A stretch of 63,134 nucleotides of DNA, the filler included, from Gemmatimonadota bacterium (GTDB lineage: Bacteria; 4572-55; J002), in assembly GCA_003697105.1 (NCBI GenBank). It is 5 parts of 5 records of this genome, joined end to end, with 100 filler letters (N's around TTAATTAATTAA, not from the genome) between each part and the next. Parts side by side here need not be neighbours in the genome. Positions count along the whole stretch, not along the records: positions 16,304 to 34,947 come from RFFQ01000029.1; 4 more parts are not named here. One strand, 5' to 3'. A model generated the notes under the pieces. That model did not search any database, was not told where the DNA came from, and saw nothing but the letters and a program-made list of their open reading frames with translations. The translations under genes and the position numbers were made by a program. Shown piece by piece: positions 19,181 to 29,842 of this stretch. Position 1 is the first letter of the stretch. The number at the start of each line of letters is the position of its first letter.

Positions 19181-21367
19181 ATGAATGCTACGGAATTTTT
19201 AAATCGTCTTAATACCAATTTTACAGCGGCAGAGTGCGACCTGATTCGCCGGGCATACGATTTTGGCTGGTACCATCACCGGAGTCAAACGCGCGATTCT
19301 GGAGAGCCATATTTTACCCATTGTGAAGCCGTGGCAGAAATTTTCGTCACGGAGGTTTTCGCCGATGCCGAAGGATGTGCCGCCGCCTTGCTCCATGATG
19401 TGGTGGAGGATACGTCCGCCGAACTCGGGCAGATCGAGCAGGAGTTTGGGGGAACTATCGCGCTACTGGTGGATGGATTGACCAAAATCGAACGCATTCA
19501 GAAAAAAAGTCGTTGGGAACGGCAAGTGGCGACCTTGCGCAAAATGCTCCTTTCTACGGTTAAAGATGCACGAGTAGTTCTGGTCAAGCTTGCCGACCGG
19601 TTGCACAACATGCGTACCCTCACGTCACTCAGTGCGGATCGACAACAGCGAATTGCCTCCGAAACATTGGAAATTTACGCTCCCATTGCCCACCGCTTTG
19701 GGATGGGGCAGATCAAATCCGAACTCGAAGATTTATCCTTAAAGGCACTTCACCCCGAAGCGTTTTATCGCCTCAAGGAATTGGTCAATCAAAAGAAACA
19801 AGAGCGCGATGCGCTGATCGATTTTGTCAGAGTGCAGGTGGTGGCGGAATTGGCGGAAAACGGGTTAGAAAACTATGAAATTTTCGGACGCTCCAAGCAT
19901 TTTTACAGCCTGTACTGTAAAATGAAAAAAGGCTATACTTTTGACGAAATTTATGATAAAATCGGCTTGCGAATTGTCTTTGGAGACAAGGGCGCGACGG
20001 ACACACTCTCAAAAATGGAACACCAAGCGCTGATTGGAAACTGTTATCAGGCACTCGGTATTATTCATCGCCTCTGGACTCCTTTGTCAAACCGGTTGAA
20101 AGACTATATTGGTAATCCCAAACCCAACAAGTACCAATCCTTGCACACTACGGTGATGATTCCCGACGTCGGCCAAGTGGAATTTCAAATCCGTACGGCA
20201 CGGATGCACCAAACTGCCGAAAGAGGAATTGCAGCACACTGGCGTTATAAAGAAAAAAATACCACCGAAAATTTTAACGATGAACTCTCGTGGCTGGGAC
20301 GGGTTTTGGAGGCGGATCAATATAGTGAAAACCCTCATGAATTTTTGGAATCGCTCCGAATTGAGCTGTTCAAGGATGATATTTTTGTGTACACGCCTCG
20401 CGGTGATGTAGTTCAGTTGCCCCAAGGAGCAACGTTACTAGATTTCGCCTTTGCCATCCATACGGAGATCGGGTTAAGTTGCACGGGAGGTCACATTAAT
20501 GGTCGATTTGCCAAATTAGGGACACCGCTACGGAGTGGGGATCAGGTCCACATCTCCCGTTCCCCCTCGCAATCCCCCAATCCAAATTGGCTTAATTATG
20601 TGGTCACGTCCAAAGCTCGCAATAAAATCCGGCAATATTTACGGGTGGAAGCGTTTCGTCACCATGTGGAACTGGGCAAGGAAAAATTGTTGCAGGAGGC
20701 GAAGCTCCAAAATTACAAACTAAAGCTGGTTCCATCCAAATTTGAAGACCTCATCCGGGAATATCATCAAAAAAGCTTTGAGCATTTACTGGAAGCCATT
20801 GGCTCGGGCAATATTAGCCCCCAGACGATCCTCCGCAAACTCTTTCCGGAAAGTGCCGGAAAAGACACCTTGCCAGAAGTGGAACCGCCGGTTATCCCCA
20901 GCGCCCACCTGCAACGGGGTGCGGCAACCGTCCATCTCAAGGAGGTGGGGCAAGTTTTACTCCGTTTTGCCCGCTGTTGCGAACCCATTCCCGGCGACCG
21001 GATTGTGGGGTTTATCACCCGTGGGCGCGGATTGACCATCCACCGGACAGATTGCCGGAATATCACCACCATGTCCCCTCCTGAAAAACAACGACTGATA
21101 CCAGTCCAGTGGGAAATCCCCAAGAAAAAGGGCAAATTTCCGGCAAAAGTGTGGGTTCGTGCCTACCATTCAGAAACCTTTTTAGAGCGCCTGAAACGGA
21201 CGGTAGAAAGCTATAATTCTACGTTGACGGCACAAATTAGTATTAATCAACGTGAAATCTATGGTATTCTGATTATCGAGGTGGTGGATTTGGATCACCT
21301 CGACCGAATTATTCGCCACTTACGCACCATGAAAGAAGTACAAGAGATCAATCGTGCCAAACGGTAA
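19181..21367 (+). CDS. rel: Bifunctional (p)ppGpp synthetase/hydrolase, long RelA/SpoT homolog
   Basis: HD domain (ALLHDVVEDT, KLADRLHNMRTL), synthetase (RLKDYI, YQSLHT, EFQIRT), TGS (DFAFAIHT), RCCEPIPGD..IHRTDC, ACT-like end. Confidence 0.95.
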   Translation: MNATEFLNRLNTNFTAAECDLIRRAYDFGWYHHRSQTRDSGEPYFTHCEAVAEIFVTEVFADAEGCAAALLHDVVEDTSAELGQIEQEFGGTIALLVDGLTKIERIQKKSRWERQVATLRKMLLSTVKDARVVLVKLADRLHNMRTLTSLSADRQQRIASETLEIYAPIAHRFGMGQIKSELEDLSLKALHPEAFYRLKELVNQKKQERDALIDFVRVQVVAELAENGLENYEIFGRSKHFYSLYCKMKKGYTFDEIYDKIGLRIVFGDKGATDTLSKMEHQALIGNCYQALGIIHRLWTPLSNRLKDYIGNPKPNKYQSLHTTVMIPDVGQVEFQIRTARMHQTAERGIAAHWRYKEKNTTENFNDELSWLGRVLEADQYSENPHEFLESLRIELFKDDIFVYTPRGDVVQLPQGATLLDFAFAIHTEIGLSCTGGHINGRFAKLGTPLRSGDQVHISRSPSQSPNPNWLNYVVTSKARNKIRQYLRVEAFRHHVELGKEKLLQEAKLQNYKLKLVPSKFEDLIREYHQKSFEHLLEAIGSGNISPQTILRKLFPESAGKDTLPEVEPPVIPSAHLQRGAATVHLKEVGQVLLRFARCCEPIPGDRIVGFITRGRGLTIHRTDCRNITTMSPPEKQRLIPVQWEIPKKKGKFPAKVWVRAYHSETFLERLKRTVESYNSTLTAQISINQREIYGILIIEVVDLDHLDRIIRHLRTMKEVQEINRAKR

Positions 21368-21439
21368 GCGGGCGGACATCTCCGCAGAAGCCCGAAACCG
21401 GAATGGAGCGGAGCTTTAGAATCGAGAGAAAGGATAAAA

Positions 21440-23893
21440 ATGATCGAGAACGTCAAACAGAAACAGCAGGAACTGGCTACCTTGACGGATTCAGTTGAAA
21501 AAGTGGATTTGCTGAAAGAGATATCCGAATATTTTCAGCGGAAAGACCCACTTCAAGCGCTGCAATATGCGACCCAAGCCGCCGAAATTGCCGGACGCAT
21601 TGGCTACGACTCGGGTTATGCCGAGGCCATCTTTCTGCAAGGGAAGCATCAAAACAATTTGGGTCAATATGTCGAATCCATGAAGCTTCTGAAACAGGCA
21701 CTTTCTCTGTTTGAAACCCTGAATGATCGCACGGGGTATATTAAAGCCCTAAATTTAAAGGGAATGGTCAATTACCGGCTAGGTGATTTTCAGGATGCAC
21801 TGGTTGACTTGACGGAAGTCCTCAAATCGGAAGAGGACATCGATGATAAATCCATACGGGCTAGTGCGCTGAACACGATGGGAAATATTTATTCCGATCT
21901 CGATGATTATGATAATGCCCTCAAATATTATCAGGAAGGGTTAGAAAAATTTCGGGAAACCGGCGATCGAAATGGTGAGGCAAGTATCCTCAATAACTTG
22001 GGGATTCTTTACTCTGATTTGGGGGCGTATGAAAAATCGCTTTCACACTATTTGGCGTGTCTAAAAATTCGCGAGGAACAAGAAGACCCCCGTGGAATTG
22101 CAATTACACTCTTAAATATTGGTGATTTGTATATGAAGCAAGGTGAATTTGGGAAAGCCCTTGCCTGCCACCATAACGCGCTAGATATAAACACCGGTAT
22201 CGGGAATAAAGCAGTGGAAGCCCATATCAATGGGTCAATTGGTAAACTGTGGGTCAAGCAGGAGAAATGGGAAAAAGCGATTCCGTACCTTGAAAAAGCG
22301 ACGGAATTAGCGGCGGAAGTGGAAGACCGGAATCTGCGTGTACAAACGCTGAAAAACCTTGCCTCTGCTCACGAAGCTCTCGGAAACATGTCCGATGCCT
22401 TGAGTTACTTTAAAATGTGCTATCAGATTGAGAAAAAAGCCTTTGATGAGGAGTATAAAGAACGAATCGATTATCTGAAAAACCGCTACGAAGCGGAAAA
22501 AAAAGAAAAAGAAGCCGAAATTTACCGGCTCAAAAATGTGGAACTGGCACGGCTATACGATCACATCCGCCTCATCAGTGAAATCGGACAAAAAATCACC
22601 GCCTCTTTATCATTGGAGACGATTCTGACCACCGTTTATGAGAACATCAATCAGTTAATGAAGGCAGATGGCTTCGGAATTGATCTGTATCATCCAGAAA
22701 CCGAAGAGATCGAGTACAAATTCTTCATTGAACGAGGGGAACGCTTAAAGCCTCTCACCGGTTCGGTACATGATGAGGGAAGTTTCTCCGCTTGGGCAAT
22801 TCGGAATCGCAAAGAGGTTTTTCTGAACGATGCGACCCAAGAATACATGGCCTATATACCGAAGTTGAAAGCGGTGGGAGCCGACGAAGGAGGTGAAACC
22901 CTTTCCGCACTGTATGTTCCGCTGATTGTGGAAGACCGCGTCGTGGGGGTCGTGACGGTACAAAGTTTTGATCCGGGCGCGTACACCCCAGCGGATTTGG
23001 ATATGTTGCGGGCGCTAGGCAACTATATTGCCGTCGCGTTGGATAATGCCCGGGCTTATGCCGAACTCAACAAAGCGATAGACGATTTGAAAACCGCGGA
23101 AGTCCAGATGCTCCAATCGGAACGGATGGCATCCTTAGGGGAACTTTCCAGCATGATCGGGCATGAATTTAACAATATCCTGAACGGGATCAGTTCTCCG
23201 GTGGAACTGATTATGAGCCAACCTCCCCTTGATGAAGATGTGATCTGGCACTGTTGGGAATCGGATCAAGAAGGGCATGAACTACAAGCATATCTGGAAG
23301 AACGCCGTCAGGTATGGGAAAAAATCAGAGAAGCCTCTAAGATGATTAAATTAGCCTCGGATCGTGCTTTCGAGACCATCCGCGACCTGCAAGCCATTGC
23401 CGGCGGTAAAAGCCGTAAATTAGGCTTAACCGATATTGTGGAAACCCTGGAAGAGACCATCCGCCTCCAAAGACATAAATTGCACAAGATTGAGATCGTG
23501 AAAGAGATTGAAGCGGAACAATTTCGGGTGATGATTACCAGCGGGGAAATGGGACAAATCTTTATGAATTTTCTGGTAAATGCCGCTCATGCGCTGGAAG
23601 GTCAGGAAGACGCGCGGATTACCATCCGGATGCGCCAGCAAGATGGCGGTGTGGAGATTCAATTCGCCGATAATGGCAAAGGTATGTCGGAGGAAGTTCA
23701 AAAACGCATTTTTGAACCCTTTTTTACAACCAAAGGCGAAAAAGGTACCGGTATCGGTCTGACCATGGTCAAGCGGATTGTAGATCAGCGGGGCGGAAAA
23801 ATCACCGTGGAAAGCCAAGAAGGTGAGGGCACCACCTTTACCATCTGGTTCCCCCAAGAGATTCAAGAATTGAGCAAACATCATGGCAACTAA
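21440..23893 (+). CDS. Soluble TPR-GAF-histidine kinase (array member 1)
   Basis: TPR repeats (LNNLGILY..LGAYEKSL), GAF (SALYVPLIVEDRVVGVVTVQS), H-box GHEFNN, N box NAAHA, DNGKG, FFTTK, GTGIGL; no TM segment seen. Confidence 0.9.
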   Translation: MIENVKQKQQELATLTDSVEKVDLLKEISEYFQRKDPLQALQYATQAAEIAGRIGYDSGYAEAIFLQGKHQNNLGQYVESMKLLKQALSLFETLNDRTGYIKALNLKGMVNYRLGDFQDALVDLTEVLKSEEDIDDKSIRASALNTMGNIYSDLDDYDNALKYYQEGLEKFRETGDRNGEASILNNLGILYSDLGAYEKSLSHYLACLKIREEQEDPRGIAITLLNIGDLYMKQGEFGKALACHHNALDINTGIGNKAVEAHINGSIGKLWVKQEKWEKAIPYLEKATELAAEVEDRNLRVQTLKNLASAHEALGNMSDALSYFKMCYQIEKKAFDEEYKERIDYLKNRYEAEKKEKEAEIYRLKNVELARLYDHIRLISEIGQKITASLSLETILTTVYENINQLMKADGFGIDLYHPETEEIEYKFFIERGERLKPLTGSVHDEGSFSAWAIRNRKEVFLNDATQEYMAYIPKLKAVGADEGGETLSALYVPLIVEDRVVGVVTVQSFDPGAYTPADLDMLRALGNYIAVALDNARAYAELNKAIDDLKTAEVQMLQSERMASLGELSSMIGHEFNNILNGISSPVELIMSQPPLDEDVIWHCWESDQEGHELQAYLEERRQVWEKIREASKMIKLASDRAFETIRDLQAIAGGKSRKLGLTDIVETLEETIRLQRHKLHKIEIVKEIEAEQFRVMITSGEMGQIFMNFLVNAAHALEGQEDARITIRMRQQDGGVEIQFADNGKGMSEEVQKRIFEPFFTTKGEKGTGIGLTMVKRIVDQRGGKITVESQEGEGTTFTIWFPQEIQELSKHHGN

Positions 23894-25859
23894 CATCGAA
23901 ACCCTGCGGGCACAAATCGAACAAGAAACAGAACCACGGGCAAAAATCGATCTGCAAAATCGCTTGGTGTTTGAACTCAGCTATTCCAACCCCGAAGAAG
24001 CCCAAACGTTGGTGAACGCCGTTGCCCAAAAAGCGGAACAGTTAGGGTATGCCGTAGGTCTGGCAAATAGCTACCGCAATATGGGAATTTTGGATATTTA
24101 TCAGTCGGAATATCACCACGCGTTAGCGCATTTTTTGCGGGCAATTGAACTATACAAAGATGCCGGCTGTAAAGAAGGGTTGGCAACCACCTACAACAAC
24201 ATGGGCGTGATCTACTACTACTTGATTGACTATGAAAACACGCTAACTTACTACAAAAAAAGCCTTCAGCTCAGTGAAGAAATCAGTGACTATGAGACCC
24301 AAGTCTCGTTACTGAGCAATATTGGCGCGGTTTACGCCCAAATGGAGAACACCCGAGAGGCAAAGCATTACTTTGAACGGTCTTTAGCACTGGCAGAAGC
24401 ACATCAAGATTATGAAGGGCAGGTCAACGCGCTGCATAATTTAGCCCATGTTACCGAAGGCGAAAAACTCCATCAGGCGGCTCTAAATTACGCGCTGAAA
24501 GCCAAAAGCATTGTCGAAAACCACTACCCCAGCCAGCGACACTTGATGACCTGTTGGAGCGGAATCGGATTGGCATATCGGGGCTTAGAACGCTTTTCCG
24601 AGGCAATTGATTTTTACCAGCGCGCGTTGGAACTCAGTCGTAAACTCCATGATAAACGGGAACAAGTGATCGGTCTGCGTGAGATCGGTGAATGTTATAT
24701 TGCCCTTCATCAAATGGAAAATGCATTAGATTACCTAAAACAAGCCGAACACCTCGCCGAGGCCATGGATTCTCAGGAGTTGGAAATTAATGTGTATGAA
24801 TCGCTCTTTCGTCTATACGAACAGCAGAATGATATTGCCGCGGCATTAGCTTATCACAAAAAGTATCATCAGGCAGAGATCACGGTTTTAAGAGAAAAAT
24901 ATGATCAAAACACACAGTTGCTTCAAGTGCGATTCCAAGTGGAACAAAAAGAACGTGAAGCCGAACTCTACCGGCGGGAAAACGAAGAACTTGAACGCCT
25001 CAACGCGGAATTGGAAGCCACCAACCAGAAATTGGTCGAAACCCAAGCCCAATTGATAGAGTCACAAGCCAAACGTATTCAAGCAGAAAAACGAGCAACC
25101 CTCGGCGAACTTGCCGGAATGGTGACGCATGAAATCAATAACGCTCTCAGTGGTATTCGGAGTTCGTTAGAGCAAATTTATCACACGCCTCGTTTAGATG
25201 AAGACCGGATTTGGCACTGCTGGGAGAACGACCAAGAAGGTACGGAGTTGCAAGCCTATCTGGCGAAACGCCGCATGGAAGAAGACCACATTATTGCCGC
25301 CACCGAACTGGCACAGCGTGCTGAGGTACGGGCAGAACAGGTCATTAAAGACCTAAAAAGCCTTGTGGGAGATGAAAGTCAGGAACTGGGAACGATCCAT
25401 CTTGTGGAGATATTCCGCAAAGCCGTACGATTACAATGGGAACGACTGGAGCGCATCAACATTATTGAGGATATTGAGTCTGAAGATTTAACCCTGACTG
25501 CCACCAGTGGCGAAATAGGTCAACTTTTTTTGATTTTGCTGAGTAATGCCAGTGATGCCCTGAAAGACCACTCCGAACCGGAAATTCATGTGAAAATGCA
25601 AACCCAAAATGGGGGAATTCAGGTTGATTTCAGCGATAATGGCTGTGGAATACCGCCATCGATTCAGGCGGAGATATTCCACCCGTTTTTTACCACCAAA
25701 GGGGAGTCCAGTTCTGGCGTGGGGCTTTCCACCTTTAAACGAATCATTGACGCCTACAACGGAACCATTCACCTCAAGAGTGACATTGGAAAAGGTACAA
25801 CCTTCTCCTTTTGGTTACCCGAGGACGCCAAAGGAAAAACGGCTGTATTTAAATCGTAA
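23883..25859 (+). CDS. Soluble TPR-histidine kinase (array member 2)
   Basis: TPR repeats, coiled coil, THEINN, NASDA, DNGCG, FFTTK, SGVGL; overlaps member 1 by 11 nt. Confidence 0.9.
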   Translation: MATNIETLRAQIEQETEPRAKIDLQNRLVFELSYSNPEEAQTLVNAVAQKAEQLGYAVGLANSYRNMGILDIYQSEYHHALAHFLRAIELYKDAGCKEGLATTYNNMGVIYYYLIDYENTLTYYKKSLQLSEEISDYETQVSLLSNIGAVYAQMENTREAKHYFERSLALAEAHQDYEGQVNALHNLAHVTEGEKLHQAALNYALKAKSIVENHYPSQRHLMTCWSGIGLAYRGLERFSEAIDFYQRALELSRKLHDKREQVIGLREIGECYIALHQMENALDYLKQAEHLAEAMDSQELEINVYESLFRLYEQQNDIAAALAYHKKYHQAEITVLREKYDQNTQLLQVRFQVEQKEREAELYRRENEELERLNAELEATNQKLVETQAQLIESQAKRIQAEKRATLGELAGMVTHEINNALSGIRSSLEQIYHTPRLDEDRIWHCWENDQEGTELQAYLAKRRMEEDHIIAATELAQRAEVRAEQVIKDLKSLVGDESQELGTIHLVEIFRKAVRLQWERLERINIIEDIESEDLTLTATSGEIGQLFLILLSNASDALKDHSEPEIHVKMQTQNGGIQVDFSDNGCGIPPSIQAEIFHPFFTTKGESSSGVGLSTFKRIIDAYNGTIHLKSDIGKGTTFSFWLPEDAKGKTAVFKS

Positions 25860-25874
25860 ATCTAAGGTAAAACA

Positions 25875-27857
25875 ATGACAGAAAAAATAAAACAACTTCA
25901 AGATCAACTCGAACATGCCTCCAGTGTACATGAAAAAGTTGATACCTTAACCGAGTTGTCAAAAGAGTATACTCAAAATCAACCGCACGAGGCACTATCC
26001 GCGGCAAATCAAGCGTTAGAACTTGCCAAAACCATTGATTATAAAAGTGGTATTGCCAAAGCATTAGCCCGATTGTGCCGCTGTTATGAACGGTTTTCCA
26101 ATTATGAAAAAGCCCTCTCATTAGGTCTGGAATCCCTAGAGTTATTTGAATCTATCGACGATGACAACGGCAAAGCCGGCATTTTAAGCCGGTTGGCCTG
26201 GATTTATCAAACTTTAGGCGATTATGCCACCGCCCTTGATCACGCCATGACCAGTTTGGAATTATACCGTAAGATCAATGATCCCCAAGGAATTTTTAGT
26301 GCGTTCAACACGTTGGGTTCCGTCAGTGGTAATGCAGGTGACCCCGATAAAGCATTGGAATATTACGAAGAAGCGTTACAAATCAGTCGGGAATCCAATT
26401 TACGAGCCAGTGAAGCCGTCGCCCTCGTCAATATCGGCACAGTTTATTGCCGGACATTTGACGACCCGGAAGAAACCAAAACCAAAAATGAACTGGCGAT
26501 TCAATATTTTGAAAAAAGCGGTGTAATCTTTGAGGAAGAAAAGAATCTGTTCAATAAAAATATCACGATAATGAACACCGGCGCTGCCTATCTCAACTTG
26601 AAAAAATATCCTGAGGCGCTGGAATGCTTTTACCACAGCTTGGAAACCGCAGAATCACTCGAACAAAAGTCCATCCAAGCCCATTGCCTGAGCAATATTG
26701 CGGGCGTGTACTCCCAGCAAGAAAAATATGATGAGGCGTGTACCTATTACTTCCGTGCTCTCGCCTTAGCTGAAGATACCAAAGAGAAACCCCGTTTGGC
26801 GGCGATTCATCAAAATTTAGCCGAAGTGTTTGAAAAGATGGAGGAGTTCACCAAAGCCTTGGAACACTTCAAAAAATACCATGAACTAAATAGCGAAGTT
26901 TTTAATGAAAATTCAGACCGGAAATTGAAGAACTTACAAGTCATGCATCAAGTGGATCAGTCCAAGCGGGAAGCCGATCTTTTACGAGAAAAAAACGAAG
27001 AACTCGCCAAATTAAATCAGGAATTAGAGCAAACCAATGAACAATTGGTCAAAACACAAATTCAACTGATGCAGGCACAAGCAAAACGGCTGGAAAATGA
27101 ACGAATGGCGGCGTTAGGGGGGATTACCAATATGGTCGCCCACGAGATGAATAATGCTCTGAACGCTTTAAAAATGCCCCTCGAACAACTGAGTAACTTG
27201 CCGAAATTAGATAGCGAGCGCATTTGGCACTATTGGGAAAATGACGATGATGGTATCGAACTTCAGGCATACCTCGCCCAGCGAGAACGAGAATTGAAAA
27301 CCGCTGCTGACTGTGTCGAATGTGCGAAAAATGCGGAACTTCGGATGGAACAGGTTATTTGCGGCTTACGACATTTAGCCGGCGAAAAAAGTCAAGATTT
27401 ACGCTCAATTAACATCGTTGAAATTTTTCAGGAAGCTGTCCGCTTGCAATGGCAATATCTGGAAAAGCTGGCACTCATCAAAGAGATAGAACAACCGGAA
27501 ATGTATCTCACCGCTACCAGCGGTGAATTGGGGCAAATCTTCCTCATTTTAATCAGCAATGCTTGTGATGCCCTGAAAAATAAGCCTCATCCCACCATCA
27601 CGGTTAAAATGCACTATAAAAATGACGGTATTGAAATTCTATTTCAGGATAACGGTAGCGGAATACCCTCTGATATCCAACAACGAATATTTGACCCCTT
27701 TTTTACCACCAAAGGTGAACAAAACTCCGGGGTGGGGCTTTCCACCCTGAAGCGAATTATTACCAAATACAAAGGGCATCTTACCGTCGCCAGCGAAGAA
27801 AATGAAGGTACAACGTTCCGAATTTGGCTTCCCCTGCATACTAAAGCGAGCCGCTAA
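25875..27857 (+). CDS. Soluble TPR-histidine kinase (array member 3)
   Basis: TPR repeats, AHEMNN, NACDA, DNGSG, FFTTK, SGVGL. Confidence 0.9.
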   Translation: MTEKIKQLQDQLEHASSVHEKVDTLTELSKEYTQNQPHEALSAANQALELAKTIDYKSGIAKALARLCRCYERFSNYEKALSLGLESLELFESIDDDNGKAGILSRLAWIYQTLGDYATALDHAMTSLELYRKINDPQGIFSAFNTLGSVSGNAGDPDKALEYYEEALQISRESNLRASEAVALVNIGTVYCRTFDDPEETKTKNELAIQYFEKSGVIFEEEKNLFNKNITIMNTGAAYLNLKKYPEALECFYHSLETAESLEQKSIQAHCLSNIAGVYSQQEKYDEACTYYFRALALAEDTKEKPRLAAIHQNLAEVFEKMEEFTKALEHFKKYHELNSEVFNENSDRKLKNLQVMHQVDQSKREADLLREKNEELAKLNQELEQTNEQLVKTQIQLMQAQAKRLENERMAALGGITNMVAHEMNNALNALKMPLEQLSNLPKLDSERIWHYWENDDDGIELQAYLAQRERELKTAADCVECAKNAELRMEQVICGLRHLAGEKSQDLRSINIVEIFQEAVRLQWQYLEKLALIKEIEQPEMYLTATSGELGQIFLILISNACDALKNKPHPTITVKMHYKNDGIEILFQDNGSGIPSDIQQRIFDPFFTTKGEQNSGVGLSTLKRIITKYKGHLTVASEENEGTTFRIWLPLHTKASR

Positions 27858-29830
27858 TGACCGATCCCATCCAACATCTTGAACAGAAATTGGAAACCGT
27901 TACCCGTGAGGCAGAACGGGTCGATCTGCTAAATGACCTCACCAAAGCGTGGGCAACCCGTTCCATCGACAAAGCGGCGATGTACGCCCAAAAAGCCCTC
28001 GAACTCGCCGAACAGATCAATTACCCCTTTGGATTCGCCGTTGCCTTATACCGGGGTGGCGCCGTCTCTTTTTATCAGGGATACGCGACAAAAACAATTC
28101 AACAATGCCAACGCGCTTGTGAGATGTTTAAAGAATTGGGCGAAGCCGAGTTGATGATCGAATCGTTGCAGTACACCGGTAACGGTTACATGGAATTGGG
28201 TGACCATGAAAAAGCGTTAGATTATCTGATCCAAGCGCTACGCGCCGCTGAAGAACTCGGGGATAAATCCATAATCGCTAAATGCTTGAATACGTTGGGT
28301 AATTTCTACAACGAAATTCGGCAACGAGAGCGTGGCATGAAGTATCATCAGCAGGCATTACAACTTTATCAGGAGATCGGTGATCACGATGGAATTGCGG
28401 TGGCTCAAACCAATCTGGGTATTGGATACACCCAATGTGAGCAATACGACCAAGCGGTAGAAGCTTTTACCACTGCCTTGCATTATTACGAGGAAATGGG
28501 GCAAACCTTACGGGCGGCGCAGGTGATGAATAACCTAGGGTTCTTATATAAACGACAGGAACAATGGGACACCGCCTTGGAGTATTTCAACCGCTCATTG
28601 GACATCAAAACCCAACACCATGATCAGCGGGGGATGATTCATTCCTTGATGAATAAGAGTGAGATTCTCAATAACCTAGGTCAGCCGGAAACCGCACTGG
28701 AAAATCAGTTGACCGCCTTACGCCTAGCGGAAGAACTCAGCCTAAAATCAATGATCGCTAACATTAACTATAACATTGCCCATACCTACACCATGTTGGG
28801 GGATCACAAAACCGCCTACCAATCTCTTCTGAAATATGTAGAATTAAATCGGGAGTTAACCTCCGAAGATATGCGAAAGAAACTTGCCGAAATGGAAACA
28901 CAGAATGAACTGGAGCGAAAAGAAAGAGAAACTGAATTATACCGCCTGAAAAATGTCGAATTAGCGCGACTGAATGAAGAATTGGAGAAAACAAACCAAT
29001 CCTTGATCGAAACTCAGCTTAAATTGGTGGAATCTCAAGCGCAACGGATTCAAGCAGAGAAATTAGCAACCCTTGGTGAACTGGCGGGGGTCATCGCTCA
29101 TGAAGTCAACAATGCCTTGAGTGGCATCATGGTGCCCAATGAAATCATTTTGAACACGCCGGAGTTGGATCGGGACAAAATCTGGCAATGTTGGGAATCA
29201 GATGAAGATGGCAGTTTGCTCGAAGCCTATCTGGACCAGCGGGAAAAGGAATTCCGCCGGGTGAAATCGGCCGCAGATATGATTCGCACCGCCGCTAAAC
29301 GGGCGGCACATGTGGTGGATGACCTGCAAAATCTCATTGGGGGACGAAGCCGGCAGTTGGGTCCGGTGAACCTGTGCCAAGTGTTCCGGAGTGCCTGCCG
29401 TCTCCAAAAACAGCGCCTCGAACGGATCACCATTATTGAAGAATTTGAGTGTGACCCTTTAGAAATCGTTATCACCAGCGGGGAAGTGGGGCAGATTTTT
29501 ATGCATTTGCTGGTTAATGCCAGTGATGCCCTGCAAGAGCAAAAAAGCGCAATCATCACGGTCCGAATGTACCGCCAAGCGAACGGAGTCCAGATTGAAT
29601 GTGCCGATAATGGTCGTGGCATACCACCAGACCACCTAGAACACCTTTTTGATCCGTTCTTCTCCACCAAAACCCGGGACGGTTCCGGCTTAGGATTGAC
29701 CGCCGTTAAGCGTATTATTGAAGAATACGGTGGATCCATTGATGTTCAAAGTGAAATCGGAGTAGGCACAACCTTTTCGGTGTGGTTGCCAACGGATCAC
29801 AAAGGAAAAGGTCGCGTATTTCATTTATAA
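27857..29830 (+). CDS. Soluble TPR-histidine kinase (array member 4)
   Basis: TAATG stop/start overlap with member 3; TPRs, AHEVNN, NASDA, DNGRG, FFSTK, GSGLGL. Confidence 0.9.
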   Translation: MTDPIQHLEQKLETVTREAERVDLLNDLTKAWATRSIDKAAMYAQKALELAEQINYPFGFAVALYRGGAVSFYQGYATKTIQQCQRACEMFKELGEAELMIESLQYTGNGYMELGDHEKALDYLIQALRAAEELGDKSIIAKCLNTLGNFYNEIRQRERGMKYHQQALQLYQEIGDHDGIAVAQTNLGIGYTQCEQYDQAVEAFTTALHYYEEMGQTLRAAQVMNNLGFLYKRQEQWDTALEYFNRSLDIKTQHHDQRGMIHSLMNKSEILNNLGQPETALENQLTALRLAEELSLKSMIANINYNIAHTYTMLGDHKTAYQSLLKYVELNRELTSEDMRKKLAEMETQNELERKERETELYRLKNVELARLNEELEKTNQSLIETQLKLVESQAQRIQAEKLATLGELAGVIAHEVNNALSGIMVPNEIILNTPELDRDKIWQCWESDEDGSLLEAYLDQREKEFRRVKSAADMIRTAAKRAAHVVDDLQNLIGGRSRQLGPVNLCQVFRSACRLQKQRLERITIIEEFECDPLEIVITSGEVGQIFMHLLVNASDALQEQKSAIITVRMYRQANGVQIECADNGRGIPPDHLEHLFDPFFSTKTRDGSGLGLTAVKRIIEEYGGSIDVQSEIGVGTTFSVWLPTDHKGKGRVFHL

Positions 29831-29842
29831 CACGGCAGAGAG

